DNA from: Cirrosporium novae-zelandiae
Lineage: Eukaryota
Assembly: GCA_026023565.1 (NCBI GenBank)
Contig: JAPETS010000013.1
Location: 372,001 to 436,000, forward strand
Direction: 5' to 3'
Length of the DNA: 64,000 nucleotides
The notes under the pieces were generated by a model that was not told where the DNA came from, did not search any database, and was given only the letters and a program-made list of their open reading frames with translations. Positions 35,561-48,402 of the stretch are shown here, in pieces. How positions within the stretch are numbered: the stretch's first letter is position 1; each line of letters starts with the position of its first letter. Both the position numbers and the translations under genes were made by a program.

Positions 35561-36973
35561 TCACTGCGAAAGCGGATCCACGGCATAATCATTCCGCCTC
35601 ATGATGCCTTCGACAGGTCCAAGCAGTCTTTGAAAGCCAGCCTTACCGAGTTTTGCAACCTTGACTTCTGTCTTGCTGACTACACTTGCTGCACGAGGCT
35701 GATCATTAAGAAGTGCCAATTCTCCGAAGTAATCACCTTTTCTGTAAACCTTGACAGGATTTTCGGTACCAAGCTTGAATACTTCTGCTTCACCACTCTC
35801 AAGGATGAAGAATGAGTCTCCTGGGTCGCCCTGCCTGATAATGATAGTTCCGGCAGGGAATTTTTGTGTATCTAATGCATCTGCGATTTTGGAGCGCTCA
35901 TATGATTCGAGAGATGAGAGAAGGGGAACTTCGCTCAGGAATTGTTCATACATGCGGCGGCGAGTGAAAGCGGAGTCCATGAGGATTCGTCTGAATGTGA
36001 CACGATCAAGAGCCCATAGGGTACAGTTGGGCTCGGTTGAGATGACTGTTGCTGCACGAGGCGCGTTGTACATCAAAGCTAGTTCACCAAAAGATCCTCC
36101 GGGACCAATTGAAGCAACTTTGTTTCCCATTCCATCAGACCCTGCTTGAATAGAACCTGCGGGGTTCACGTAAACATCAAACTGGCCTCTCTCAACCACA
36201 TAGAAGAAGTCTCCGGCATCACCCTGAATGATGACCTTAATATCCTTTGCAGGTATTGGCTTTTCCACTAGAGCGCCGAGTATTTGATGAAACTGCTCAT
36301 CGTCGAGATGAGAGAATAGAAAATTGGTAGCGACAGCAGACTTCAGGCGAGAGAGCTGTTCTTGGGTTTTTGGATGAGATGGTGGATTCCACGTGCCATT
36401 TGACTGTGAGGTAGGATTCATCGATTCCGCTGAGACTGAGGTTCGGCGACCCAAGGCGTAATTGGATGGAAGACCTCCTGTAGCTCCTTGGGGAAGAGTA
36501 CCTGAGGTCCCTGCTGGGTTTAAGAAGGATGTTCCGCCAAACGGGCCTTCAAAGATGCCATCTCCTCCGAATTGGAAGGATGAAACTTCCTCCTGCGATT
36601 GAGTGCTTGAATGATTGATCATGTTGTTTCGAAACTTGTGGTTGGTAGGGGAAGCTAGAATATCATTTTCTTCCTCTTCATCTAACCTCTGCATGTTTCG
36701 TGAAGGACTATCCTTTCTACCACCGAAGGCGAAGCTGGAACTGGAACCGAAAGGATTATTACCAGGGAAAGTACTAGCGGACATTGGAGCGTTGCGGGAT
36801 GATTTTGCACTGGAGGATTGATCCTGGAGCGAAAGAAGATGTTCGACCCGTTGAGATTCGAGGCGACGGTTAAAATAATTGGCACAGAATTGAAGGATAT
36901 CGTCAGGTTTGTTTTCCAGGACTTGGCGATTCAGAGTGTTGAGTTCGTGAGTGTAGGTATCAGGGAGCGACAT
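35561..36973 (-). CDS. pkaR: cAMP-dependent protein kinase regulatory subunit
   Basis: Dimerisation/docking domain (ELNTLNRQVLENKPDDILQFCANYF), inhibitor site RRTSVSAES and two cNMP-binding domains (FGELALMYNAPRAAT, FGELALLNDQPRAAS). The start is placed at ATG 36973 because ATG 37096 lies in a probable 5'-UTR intron (37254-37036). Confidence 0.95.
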   Translation of the reverse strand: MSLPDTYTHELNTLNRQVLENKPDDILQFCANYFNRRLESQRVEHLLSLQDQSSSAKSSRNAPMSASTFPGNNPFGSSSSFAFGGRKDSPSRNMQRLDEEEENDILASPTNHKFRNNMINHSSTQSQEEVSSFQFGGDGIFEGPFGGTSFLNPAGTSGTLPQGATGGLPSNYALGRRTSVSAESMNPTSQSNGTWNPPSHPKTQEQLSRLKSAVATNFLFSHLDDEQFHQILGALVEKPIPAKDIKVIIQGDAGDFFYVVERGQFDVYVNPAGSIQAGSDGMGNKVASIGPGGSFGELALMYNAPRAATVISTEPNCTLWALDRVTFRRILMDSAFTRRRMYEQFLSEVPLLSSLESYERSKIADALDTQKFPAGTIIIRQGDPGDSFFILESGEAEVFKLGTENPVKVYRKGDYFGELALLNDQPRAASVVSKTEVKVAKLGKAGFQRLLGPVEGIMRRNDYAVDPLSQ

Positions 36974-38347
36974 GAATGTGTTGTCGGAGGGGAAGAGGGA
37001 AAGAGGAGTAGTCAAAGTAAGTTTGGTGTAAGGCTCTGGGGATGGATGATTAGCTTTGTTGTTAGCATGACAGGCACCTCCAAGGGGAGGCACCATAGGA
37101 AAAGGTAAGAAAAGGGCAAAGAAGCATCAAGGAACCGAGGAAACTAGTTGATTAGTTTGTGGTGGGAAAGAACAATGATTGAATGAATGGAATTTGACTC
37201 GATGAATTGAATGGACTGGTGGCAGTATTTCAGGTGGGGCTTCTTTCAACTTACCCTTCACTCCGTTCGGCCTCTTCTCTCAAGCGTGTGGATCAACACT
37301 GCAGCTTGACGTTTCAGCAGCTTTTTTTTCTGCCGTATGTTTCCACCTTGTTGAACTAAATTATAAAGATGGGTTGGTGATGAAATATCGATGCAAGGGA
37401 ATCAAAAGGAGTTTTTGTAGTCGAGGGGGGGGGGAGGGGCGTCGGGCGCTGAAAGGGTTTTTATGCCAGTTTAGGGGAGTTATTAGACGAGATTAAATTG
37501 AATTTTTTTTTATGAGATTTATGAGAATTATTGGCTTGTGCTTTTCTGATGAATTAATAGGTTTCAGGGATTAGATAGATAGGTAACAAGTTAGATGAGG
37601 GAGGGGGGGGGAAAGGGAAAAGCAAAGAAGACAGGAGAGCAAGAAGAGGGCAGTGGCCAAAAGTGTGGACAGAGAGCTTCTTAAGGCTCCTTCTTGGGTC
37701 ATTCTTCGCCGCTTCTGTCAGAATCTGTGCGTACTCTTTGTCTGGGTTCATTCGTTGCAACGATCGACAGATAGACAATCCGTTCCACTATGCCTCTACC
37801 TTTTCTACCCAACTCACCCAACCTAATTAACCCTCTTTATACCTACAAATGAGTCAATGGCTAGTCGAGACATTATAACTGTAGTGGTCTGCTATTCTTT
37901 CTTTCTTTCTTTCCTTTCAACATGTGGTGCGGGGAAAGAAGTGGTGGTCATCGCCTAATGCCTCATCGACATCATCTTCTTCCCCGTTTTCTTTTATTCC
38001 AGGGGTTCCCCTTCCACAGCTTTTCTAGAATTTCTAGAATATTTCCTAACCCGACCCATCCAAGCCATCCCAAGCCATCCGTGCCATCCAATTTCCTTGT
38101 CCGACAGGTTCCCTATGTCATACACTTTGCCCTGCTTCCTTTCTTTCTCCACATCGTCTACACAGCACCACCATAGCCAATCCATTTCCACCTAAGCTCA
38201 AAATCCTATTAAACTATAACTATCCATCACTTTCATTCCACTGGAACAATAGATAAAAAAAATATAGGACAAACTTATTATTAATAAATCTACATTCACA
38301 TTAGGCCGCCGCTATTTATTATCATACATGTGATATTGACATGTTCT

Positions 38348-41242
38348 TCAGAAATCGGAGCCTCGACTCCGTCCCTCTACAAGCTTCCACAGAACCCACT
38401 CGGCTTCATTCATTAACGTCCCCGAACCAGTCAGGGCCGCCCTCTCTGCCACCCTCCTCCTCACGCACTCCAACAGCCCCCTTGTCTGCCATCTGAAACC
38501 CACATCTCCAACATCAGACCATGAAGTCGTGTTCATTGCATCAAGATAATTGCGCATATCCTCTTCAGCCTTTTCGTCAATTACATCATAAAGATATGTC
38601 GATTCCGGCAAGCTCGACTTACGCAGGGGAAATCCAAATGCCCAGCAAACGAGTGAAGAAATATATAGTATCCAATCATAGAGAGGGTCCGAGCAGTCAT
38701 TTTTGGATTGCATCTGAAGACGAAGAATGGCTGCTGCATTCCAAACAGCCGATTTGGCAGCATCAGTGGCTACCCACGTGCGAAGATTTGCTTTCGCGTT
38801 TAGGAAGTCAGCTCGAGAGACGAGTTTTTTTGATAAAAGCCAGGACTCCCCGGCGACAATGAGGACACTATGGATAGGCGTAAATTTCTGCAAAGAAAAC
38901 ATATGATAAACCATCTTGAGACGGAGCTGCTGGACGTTCGGTGCCAAGGTGATCACTGGGTAAAAGGAGGGGAGGACATCAGGAGGGGGATCCTGAACGT
39001 CGAGAAATGATACATAGAGTAGGATGAGAATGCTTTGAAAAAGACTAAGTGTGAGAAATTCAGTTTCTCGGGTGTTTCTCAAATTGAAAAGAGCAAATCT
39101 AAGGGTTGCTTTATCCAGAGTGTAAGAAGGCGCCACTTTTATCTGTCTGTGCCATTGTCTCGGATTTTGTTCCATCCAAATCGAGTCATGAGAAGGAAAG
39201 GGGAGCCTCTCTATTGGAGATGAGAAGCCAGCTGGCAAATCTTGTAGATTAGGAAACAGTCGACGGTTCTGATAATCGATGAAGAGTGCTGCCAGCAGAA
39301 CTCTCCGTTGAGTTTCCAACTCGATCCATTTACCATGAGCGGTCTCAAGTTCGGTCTTCGAGGAATCCCTCATATCGTCCAGCGGATTCGCAAAAAGCCT
39401 ATCTTCGTCAACGCGAAGGTTTAAGATCACTGCATGGAGATGATCTGAACATCTTGTCTCGGCTTTTCGTCCCATCAACGCTGCTAGAACCTCGAGAAGT
39501 ACTATGGCTTGCATTTCATGAAGTTCATAACTATCTCGGGGATTAATTTGCCTTTTCAGGGCGTTCGCACATAAACCATACAAAAAGGCCGAATAGGCCT
39601 TCGCTTCTGGCCGATCGGAGAATTGGGTACCGATCGCAATGAGCGTATGTTGTAGCAGAGGACTATAGTCCCAGAGATTTGCTGGACGAACTATGGGAAA
39701 CCAGGGATAGAAATACTCTTTATAGCACCAATAAAAGTGCGACGTGTTTCCTATAAGGTCTTCAGGCAGCCCGTTGGAACTTGGTGGGAATGTCAGCGCA
39801 CCGTACTCGCCCAGTATGACTCTGGAAGTAGAGATATTTCGGCCGCTGACCCAGTTTTCTGTATCGTTTTCGGGGAAATGGTTGTGGAAAGTCCCTCGAT
39901 TTCCAGAGTTTTTCGTCGTTCCTGAGAAAAACTGAGCCTTCTTCCTAAACAAACAGAGTCGGGGAGGTGTACCTACTGGTAACCCTTCACAGTAGGATTC
40001 AACCACAGTCGGGACAAAATCACCACTCACATTTGATGGCGTGGAAGCAGGGGAACGTATGGAAAACGGCGAAAAGCCCAATTCTAACTCCGAGACACTG
40101 GATGAGATGCTCTTTCGGTGAGTTTGGAGATACGAATCGTGTGCAATTTGAACTGTGGCATATTCGGCTGCAGGTGAGGGGCACGTTTCAGGGGAAGAAT
40201 TTGGAGATGGCCCCATTATGCCTGCAACCAGAAGATCCGGATCGATGCACGAATCCAAGTATATAGAATAATTAGGGGCCGCAATAGAATTACTAATTGG
40301 GTCATATGGAGCTTGTATTGGTTCAGTGATATATTCGCCAGTACTCGTTCGGTCTACAATAGAGTCAATTGACATAGCATTGATGGATGAAGCTGAACGA
40401 GAAATTGCAGTTGCAGGGGAGTCCCTCGATATCGATGGTGCAGGAGGAGTATAGCTTTCTGTTGTCGCCGTACTCGCCTGGCTAGATTTTCGGCCATGTA
40501 TGGGAGGTTCCGAATCATCTCCTAGATTGAGTTGACTGCTCTCTCATTAGATGATATATTAACTAAACAAAGAAGAAGAAAAACATTTCACATACTGCCG
40601 TTCCATGTGTCTTGCTAGAAGATCAGGTCTATGAAAAATCTTTGTACATCCTGGAACTTGGCAAGGATGGCTTGCGTCTGGGTTATGGTTGAGCTCATGT
40701 CTTCTGCAAGGCCACCCCTAGTTAGACGACGATCACGAAATATAACAAACTTAGCATTAGCATACCGTCTATGTTCCGCTCGTGTGAAGACCTAACGGGT
40801 GTAAGCTCAAGCGATAGTAAGTGAGTAATATAAAAAAAAAGTAGAGGCCTACCTTTGTGCACCCTGGATACTGGCAAGCATGAACTTTTTTCCCTTTTTT
40901 GGCTTTGCTGATACGATGTGTCACCGGTGTATATGTTGGAGGCCCTCCGTCATCGAGGACTGCAGGCCGTTGCATGGTGGAGGATTCACCTTCGTTGGAA
41001 CTATCGTGGGGTCCAAAAGACCCTGATGCAGAGCTCGTCGGTCTTATAGAGCTTCCAGGCAATTGACTCGCGGGTATGTCAATGCAACTAGACGGATGAC
41101 GGCGCTTCTTGGGGGATTGATCTGCATCGTCTAGTACTTCTGCGCTGGAGCTCTCTGGGATGCGCAGGACAGGGTGTCGAGTCGTCCCAGGCTGAGGTAC
41201 TAAGCCTAGTGGTTGTTTCCCTTTTCCCTTTCTTTCTTCCAT
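38348..41242 (-). CDS. C2H2 zinc-finger transcription factor with fungal-specific TF middle domain, exons 41242-40853, 40791-40766, 40703-40596, 40535-38348
   Basis: Splicing rebuilds two fingers: TYTPVTHRISKAKKGKKVHACQYPGCTKVFTRAEHRRRHELNH and HPCQVPGCTKIFHRPDLLARHMERH. Downstream YKEYFYPWFPIV, LIAIGTQF, WIELETQRRVLLA and AVWNAAAILR are typical of the fungal TF domain. Confidence 0.9.
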
Positions 41243-44200
41243 CCCAGCCAAGAAGGGTAATATTATATAACCGCCAAGGATATCAATGGTCAACAAAATC
41301 AAGCATAACGTAGATATTGAAAGATGGGGTCCAGGACCCGGATCGGGAGGACGGCAGTGCCTGGGGCGAGGCTTTTAGCAACTGAGTAATGGAACGTTCA
41401 GCCGTTGGTGGAGGGACGAAGGGGGCTTCAACGGTCAAGCTGAAGCGTAATGCGATAGCGCCGTACTGGTTTGGTACTGTGCTCGAATAAAAGATGGTCA
41501 GTGTCCTCGGGATTAATCTAAGTTAGAAAGATAAGAGAGTGTGCTACGGGGGGAGTAAAGAGAGAATTTTCTAAACGCCGGGAGAATGGATAAGCAAGAA
41601 AAGAAAAAGAGAGAGAGAACAGCGCTTGAATGATATAAAATTAGGTATTAGAGGACATGGAAAGAAGATTGCTAGACCACAACGGTTTCTGATCCAATGC
41701 AAGAGGCACAGAATGATCCTAGTAATATTAAGTATGGGAGTAGGAGAACGTATGAGGTGGGCATTGCTTCTAAAACTACAGGGTGGAAGAAAGTCTAAAG
41801 GTCCTAAGGAAGAGTGGCGGGGACTGGGGGGGGAGGGGGGCGGTGGTTTGATTTGAGGTTAACCAGGTGCCTTGGGGATCCCTTGGGATCGGTAATATGA
41901 TGCTTAAGAAAAGACTAGAGAAGCTTAGATGCTTGGAATGATGAGGATGACCTTTCCACTTGTTCGCATTTTTTGCTGTGCTGACAGCTGAATCCTGAAT
42001 GCATCCGGTTTGTTGTCTGTGCTTAATATGTGGTTAGAGTCATCTCTTAATGGGATTCGATGGATACGAGGATAAGATGACTGGAGGTGCTAGAGCACCA
42101 GTCATTAGAACCAAGCCAAGAGTCGGACTATTTAGATTGTTTCGACTGTTTAGAATATCCAGCGTATCAGTTAGTAGCCTACCAGAGAAGAAAGGAAAGC
42201 GAGGTGGCAGCGGCGGATGAGTGGATTGAGGGAATTTGGGGATAACACACAGGGTACTACTTGTAAATGATGAACTACGCCTATAAGAGAAAAAGCTGAG
42301 TTTCTCGGGACTGAAAGACCTGCTGGGACTGACTACATTCTTGAGAGCTGAGAATGCTGAGAATTGGGTGAGAAAAGCTTCGTGTGTGCCTTTAAGCCAG
42401 GATCATCGCCCATTGTTCATTGTTCCTTCAGCCATGGAGGGACATGGGGCCATGACAAGAAGAGGGGCTACTAATAGACTAAGTACCAGTATTAACTTAA
42501 CCCTTACCAACTGTATAAGCTTAGCCATGGTACCTTTACCGTACCAGATCATTGTAATTTTCTTTTCCATCAATTAATCCAGAATACTCCAGAATCATTT
42601 TCTATTTTACTGTGGAATTAATTCTGTCGTTCTTGTTTTGCTGATGCATCTTGATGACTCAAACCCCTTTCTCACCGCTTGCTTTGCTTGATCATCATTG
42701 GCTTAATAGGCCAACCTAAATGCTTGTCCTTCCGTCGCCCTCCGCTTTTACCTTCCGCCCCCCTTCTCCCCCTTCCTATTCAAAGTTCGAACGAATGTTT
42801 CTAGCTTACCAGTGGTGCTAAACAGATTGGCTGAGATACCTCTAAGCCACGTACCAGGTAGCAGCTAATCCAAATTTACTTTCATCTTGCGGAGACTTTG
42901 CGGAGAACCATATCCATTTGTACCATTAAAATACAATCTTGATACTACAGTAGAACAATCCTGATAGATGCACGTATCAAAGTATTCTTAAGTAATCACA
43001 TCCATTCTCTCCAACTTAAAAGGACCTTGTCCCATTGACTCTCGACATGTTTTATTCAAAATATGAGCTCTATCGTCGGCATACGAATATGCACATGCAA
43101 TTAGACGGCGGAGATGCAGCTACATTGAGGAGTCAGGAGTAAAACGTAGACAAATACAGATCCAAACCCGGTTCCTCGGCTTCCAGCTTGTTGCCCAGCT
43201 TTCCAAATTTCCACCTCATTCGGCATCATTCCACGTGGTCCAGTGAACCCACAACCTGCATCGAAGTCACCACTGACAGCCTACGGTCCACAGTCTACAG
43301 TCTACAGGTCATTATCGTTTAATCAGCTAATCCATTCAGGTTACACGATCTTCTTTCGAGCTCAAGAGGACAATCGATTCATAGCAGATATTCCCCCCTC
43401 TATCACGTATTCCTCCTCCCACGTACCAGCTTTTTGCGACCATCAATCGAACCAAAAAAAAGAGAAAAGCTCTTGATTGTACCTTTCCCAAACCATGATT
43501 AATCCGGCAAATGTGCAATGGCCTGCTGCACCGAAACTTTTGGAATTTCCAAACCTGGGGATTTTGTAATCACCGTGCCACAGTCGGCAGTACAGCTTCG
43601 GATTCTGCAAGGAGCTTGATCCCAACGGGAATCAACCGTCTGTCACCCGTTACCGTCCTTGCAGTAGTTGCCATCAAATTGATTGCTTCTGAAATGCTTT
43701 CCGATTCATAATTGGTTCCGTTGTAGGGATTCCAATCCTTCAACAACCACCGGTTAGATTCGCTAAAAGTCATGGAGCCCCTCCAACATCCAATCCAAAT
43801 GGTTCGAGGGTGTTGAAGACACATGCAGCTAACATCCGGCCATGCAAAAGTAAGCGTGCATGACTTGCGACACGGCGAGTTTGAAGTTTTGAAGATAACT
43901 GTTCTCAAGGATAACTAGGCAGGAAATCCAAAGGATGAAGGAACAAGACAAGCAACACACATATCAGAGAATTGTCCACCAAATCGCCTGGCTTCTACTA
44001 GAGGATCCTTCAGCCACTTTGGTTCAGCGCCTAGTAAGGTGCTTTTAACCACTTTGGGTCTGAATTCTCAGCCAACGGCTGAACCATAAAGTTGCAGATA
44101 ATAAAACAATGGCCAGACACCGACCACGGTCGTTTTCCGATCCCAAAGTCGAAAATTCAAGCGACAAGTTATGCATGGCCCGTTCTTGGAAATATCCATT

Positions 44201-46018
44201 TGCGGACTATGTTTCCTTCTCCGTTTACTGTGCTATATGCAAGAATGGCGAGAAAATTACAGCCTTTTATTAACCAGCTTTTCCTCTCTAGGTAACTATT
44301 AATTCAGCCTTCCACTTGTACATGTGGTAATCCTTTATCTTACCTATCCAAATGCAACCCCTCAATTCGTATATCCGCTATATCGACTTCCGCAAGTAAC
44401 CGGCCAGTGCGTGAGAAACTATTACCCCAGAGGCAGAGAAACGAAGAAATAAAGTGTATCTATGATAAAGGCATTGCAAGTGTTCGAGATTGAGAGAATC
44501 AAGCCACACTGCATGTCGTCATGCCATCCTCGCGTTGAAAATCTTCAACTGAAGATTTTTATGATCTGCATGTGCTTTTATATGACCCGTAATCCAGTGC
44601 GGCTGGACCTTTGTGGTTATAATTGAGTCGGAGGCCAACGAAACTTTGACACTTTTCTTGTGGCGCAAGAGCCTCGTCCAATGATTTGTTAATGTCTGCC
44701 ATGTCCATGTGAATGTTCGTCGGATATCTTCGAATGAGTCGAGGCTTCCCGTGAAGAAAGAGACGTTAACAGCCATACAACGCCCTCATTCCATGTTACA
44801 TCCTCGACCTCTGCATGTAGTCGGTCACTAGCTTCATCACTCGGTCAACGGATTTCTAAATGGCACAATATATTTGATACTAGCATCGGTGAGCTTGTGG
44901 TGACATGAAGTTAGGCCATAGTGGGTTTGATGGCCTTTAACGAAAATTTCTAATATCGAAAAAGACTGAGCATCTGTTGTAATATGCTTTTGGATCTCTA
45001 AGCCCATGAACATGAAAAAGTGCCTCTTCTAGTACAAGCATGATGATCAACTAAGGTTAAGATAGCTGGCCATAAAGGTCTCGAAGAGAGGAAGAATAAA
45101 GACCTTCTCGGGGAAAAGTCAATGGGGTAACTAATGAAGGAAGAAAGCAGAAAAGAAAAGAAAAGAGCTGCTCAATTTTGATCGAGTAAGAGAATCGAGT
45201 AAGTAGATAATTGGGCCACCACGACTACTTTGGTCTTGGTTCCTGGTCCCAACAAAATTAGGAAATGCCGTAGAATTCCGGAGGTCAAATTTATCTTTTT
45301 GCAAAGTAAGGAGGGAGTTGAAACGAGGAACAGCCACTTGATAAGCAGGTACCTACACCATAATAACTTTATGATTTTTTTGCTTTTGAATTACTTTTGG
45401 CAATTCAAGTACTTTGTAATAATGCGGCAGAAAAGAAGAAGAGCGATTTGGTTCAAGTTCTTTGTGTGATGCTGAATACCGATTAGCTCACCGCCTTTGG
45501 ACTCTTTTAGCATTATCAAGGACGACACGTGGGTGGCTTGAACGTTTGCCGCTTTCTTATCAGACTTTGAAAAGTAGGGTCTGCCCAGGGTTACTGCTTT
45601 GGGGTCTTCCTTTCCTCTTTCACACCACTCCATCACTCATCTTACTGTTGATGGTTGGTTTCCACCAACAAAAGAGTAACAAAGGGCCCACTCCCCGGTT
45701 ATGCGTTATCTTTGTTGATATCAAGTAAAGGTGGCAAAACACACCAACAATGGGAATAGGCCCAATTATACGTTCAGTTGGGAGCCTTCTCTTGACCATG
45801 TTCCTTTGCGGTAGATTCACTCCGCCACCTAGAGCGTGTCAGCGTAGTTTTTTTTTGAGATTGATGCGTATCTTCCGATGAGGAGATTTAACCCCACGTT
45901 CTTCGTTATTTCCATCGTCTTCGTTTCAAACACTGGTTTTGATCTATCCTGTCTTTGATTTCGAACCTGGGGGGAGAAAAACCCGTCCTTTTGGTTATGT
46001 ATATACTCCCTGCTCCTG

Positions 46019-46078
46019 TTATCATTCTGTTATCACCTTATCTCCGCTTATCGGACCTCTGCTTATTTCCTGAGATAG
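46019..46078. promoter_or_regulatory. Cluster of GATA sites upstream of allantoinase
   Basis: TTATCA 46019, TTATCA 46030, TTATCT 46038, TTATCG 46048 and AGATAG 46073 lie 125-185 bp before the ATG. HGATAR is the AreA/NIT2 nitrogen-regulation site. Confidence 0.65.
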
Positions 46079-46202
46079 CCATTCCTATGGTTGCTTTTCT
46101 GTTCATTGATTGAACCTCTCCATAACCTACAGTCGTATTTACAGCACTTTATAGCAGCAGCTCCATACAATTACAACACCTATCGCCTCTCTGATATCCA
46201 TA

Positions 46203-47876
46203 ATGGCTTTCAATATACCAGTTGGCGATGGGTACCCTACACCTACTCCCTCCCCGCCCACCGAGCCTGCCTTCGATACCTCTCCCATCACCGTCTTAGC
46301 TTCTTCTCGTGCTGTTGTCTCTGGAATTCTTACTCCCGCAACAATTGTAATATCTACCACCTCTGGAAAGATCTCTTCGATAACTCGTTCCATTCTCCCA
46401 CCTTCAGAATTTCCATCAGGAACTCCATATGTTGACCACTCTCCACATATACTTTTTCCTGGGCTTGTCGATGCACATGTCCATCTTAATGAACCAGGCC
46501 GGACAGAATGGGAGGGGTTTGAGACAGGCACAAAGGCTGCAGCTTTCGGAGGTGTTACCACTGTGATTGATATGCCGCTTAATGCCATTCCTCCGACTAC
46601 CACCGTCAATGGGCTAAAGGAGAAGATAAAGGCAGCACAGGGCCAGTGCTGGGTCGACGTCGGTTTCTACGGCGGCATTATCCCAGGCAACGCTGGTGAA
46701 CTCAAGGCTCTCGTGAATGAAGGTGTCAAGGGATTCAAGGGATTTTTGTGTGATAGTGGTGTAAGTTCATATAATTTGTCAATAACACAAAATGACACTT
46801 ACTCAAAAATGGCTGTACAGGTTCCGGAATTTCCTGCCGTATCCTCCAAGGACATTGCGAAAGTAATGACAGAACTTGCTGACATGCCGACAACTCTCAT
46901 GTTCCACGCGGAGATGATTCCTCCGATTGCCGATTCTGTGGGAGACACCATTTTGCATTCGGAAGCTCCTCTAGCTCCAAAAGGCCCGCTAACATCTTAT
47001 TCGACCTTCCTCCAGTCCAGACCTTCGTCCTTTGAAACATATGCTATATCTCAGGTCCTGTCATTAGCATATCTTGCTCCAAACCTCCCACTCCACATTG
47101 TACATCTGTCTGCCATTGAAGCAATTCCTCTGCTACGGGAAGCACGAGCCAATGGAGTCAACATTACAGCAGAAACATGTTTCCACTATCTCAGCTTAGC
47201 GGCGGAAAATGTCGCAGAAGGTGACACCCGTCACAAATGCTGCCCACCCATCAGGACGCAGGCAAACCAGAATGGCCTATGGGACGAGGTCCTACGGGAG
47301 GTGAAAGGTGGTACCGGTGACGGAGTCATAAAAACTATTGTTTCGGATCATTCACCATGCACGCCAAACTTGAAGCTACTACCTTCATCGATGGCAGCCC
47401 TTTCGGGAGAAGACAGACATGTACATACACATGGTCTCCCGCCTACTCCTCCCAATGAAAGTCACGAGGCACAGGGTGACTTTTTTTCCGCCTGGGGCGG
47501 TATTAGCAGCGTGGGTCTTGGTCTTCCAATTCTCTGGACCACAGCTATTTCACGCAAGCAGCCGCTCACTCCCGAGTCAGTTGTGCAGTTCTGCTGCCAG
47601 AACACTGCCAGGCAAGTGGGACTTGAGCATCAGAAGGGTGACTTGGCAGTTGGATTGGATGGCGATGTTGCTGTCTTTGACGACGAAGCGGAGTTTGTAG
47701 TCGGTAGAGAGGAGATGCTCTTCAGAAATAAATGTTCACCATATCAAGGTATGAGGTTGAAGGGTGTGGTCAAGGAGACGTGGGTTAGAGGTAGGAAGGT
47801 GTTCCAGCGAGGAAAGGGCTTTATAGGAGCTCCAGGTGGCCAACTGTTGCTGGAGAAACGAACAATTAAGGTATGA
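46203..47876 (+). CDS. DAL1: Allantoinase (amidohydrolase superfamily), exons 46203-46760, 46821-47876
   Basis: PGLVDAHVHLNEPGRTEWEGF, AAAFGGVTTVIDMPLN, FHAE, HIVHLS, ETCFHYL, KCCPPIR, SDHSP and AWGGISSVGL. A 60-nt GTAAGT..CAG intron sits in frame between DSG and VPEFP. Confidence 0.95.
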   Translation: MAFNIPVGDGYPTPTPSPPTEPAFDTSPITVLASSRAVVSGILTPATIVISTTSGKISSITRSILPPSEFPSGTPYVDHSPHILFPGLVDAHVHLNEPGRTEWEGFETGTKAAAFGGVTTVIDMPLNAIPPTTTVNGLKEKIKAAQGQCWVDVGFYGGIIPGNAGELKALVNEGVKGFKGFLCDSGVSSYNLSITQNDTYSKMAVQVPEFPAVSSKDIAKVMTELADMPTTLMFHAEMIPPIADSVGDTILHSEAPLAPKGPLTSYSTFLQSRPSSFETYAISQVLSLAYLAPNLPLHIVHLSAIEAIPLLREARANGVNITAETCFHYLSLAAENVAEGDTRHKCCPPIRTQANQNGLWDEVLREVKGGTGDGVIKTIVSDHSPCTPNLKLLPSSMAALSGEDRHVHTHGLPPTPPNESHEAQGDFFSAWGGISSVGLGLPILWTTAISRKQPLTPESVVQFCCQNTARQVGLEHQKGDLAVGLDGDVAVFDDEAEFVVGREEMLFRNKCSPYQGMRLKGVVKETWVRGRKVFQRGKGFIGAPGGQLLLEKRTIKV

Positions 47877-48402
47877 GACTTCTGAATTAAGATGATACTG
47901 CATAGGATCGGTGTTTGCATATTATATCTCGGGCTACGGATGACGGCTTTTATTGGCGATGCTTACCTTCATAGACATGTTTGAGTATGATTGTGGGCTT
48001 CTTTGGTTATAGGAGCGGAGAAGATATCCCGGGTTTTTTGGAAGCATGGGAATAATGATGGTTTATCAGAGAAATGAAAGATGAATTTACATATATTTGA
48101 CTTCATTTTCTTCGGTTGCCTGTAGTTCGGCGCAGTTGAAGAAACTACATAGGCTTTCGGTTAAGAACGATAAACATACATTCTGTGAGGCCCTACAAAA
48201 CAAAGTGCTGATAGACTTTAGGTATTATTCAGCCACTGTAAGCTTTTTTGGCTTTCACTTCCTCGGTCCTTTTCCACATGTGCCAGAAATGCCTAGGTCT
48301 TAGCATCCCTATATACCTATATAGAGGGCTAACAATCACCACCATAATGCTTTCCCTTCAGCTTTTCAATTTTTCTTCAAGCTCCGTAATTCTTATATAA
48401 TA

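Noticed and set aside
45950..45980. B-box-like GGTTCGA (minus strand), plus similar hits near 2977 and 42785, suggesting tRNA genes
   Set aside because: No cloverleaf or A-box can be folded around them.
41300..46000. Long intergenic region as a possible telomerase RNA or hidden gene locus
   Set aside because: I found no TAACCCTAA-type template, and the short ORFs (e.g. 43570-43908) have no motifs or splice support. It is most likely the regulatory region of the divergent TF and allantoinase genes.
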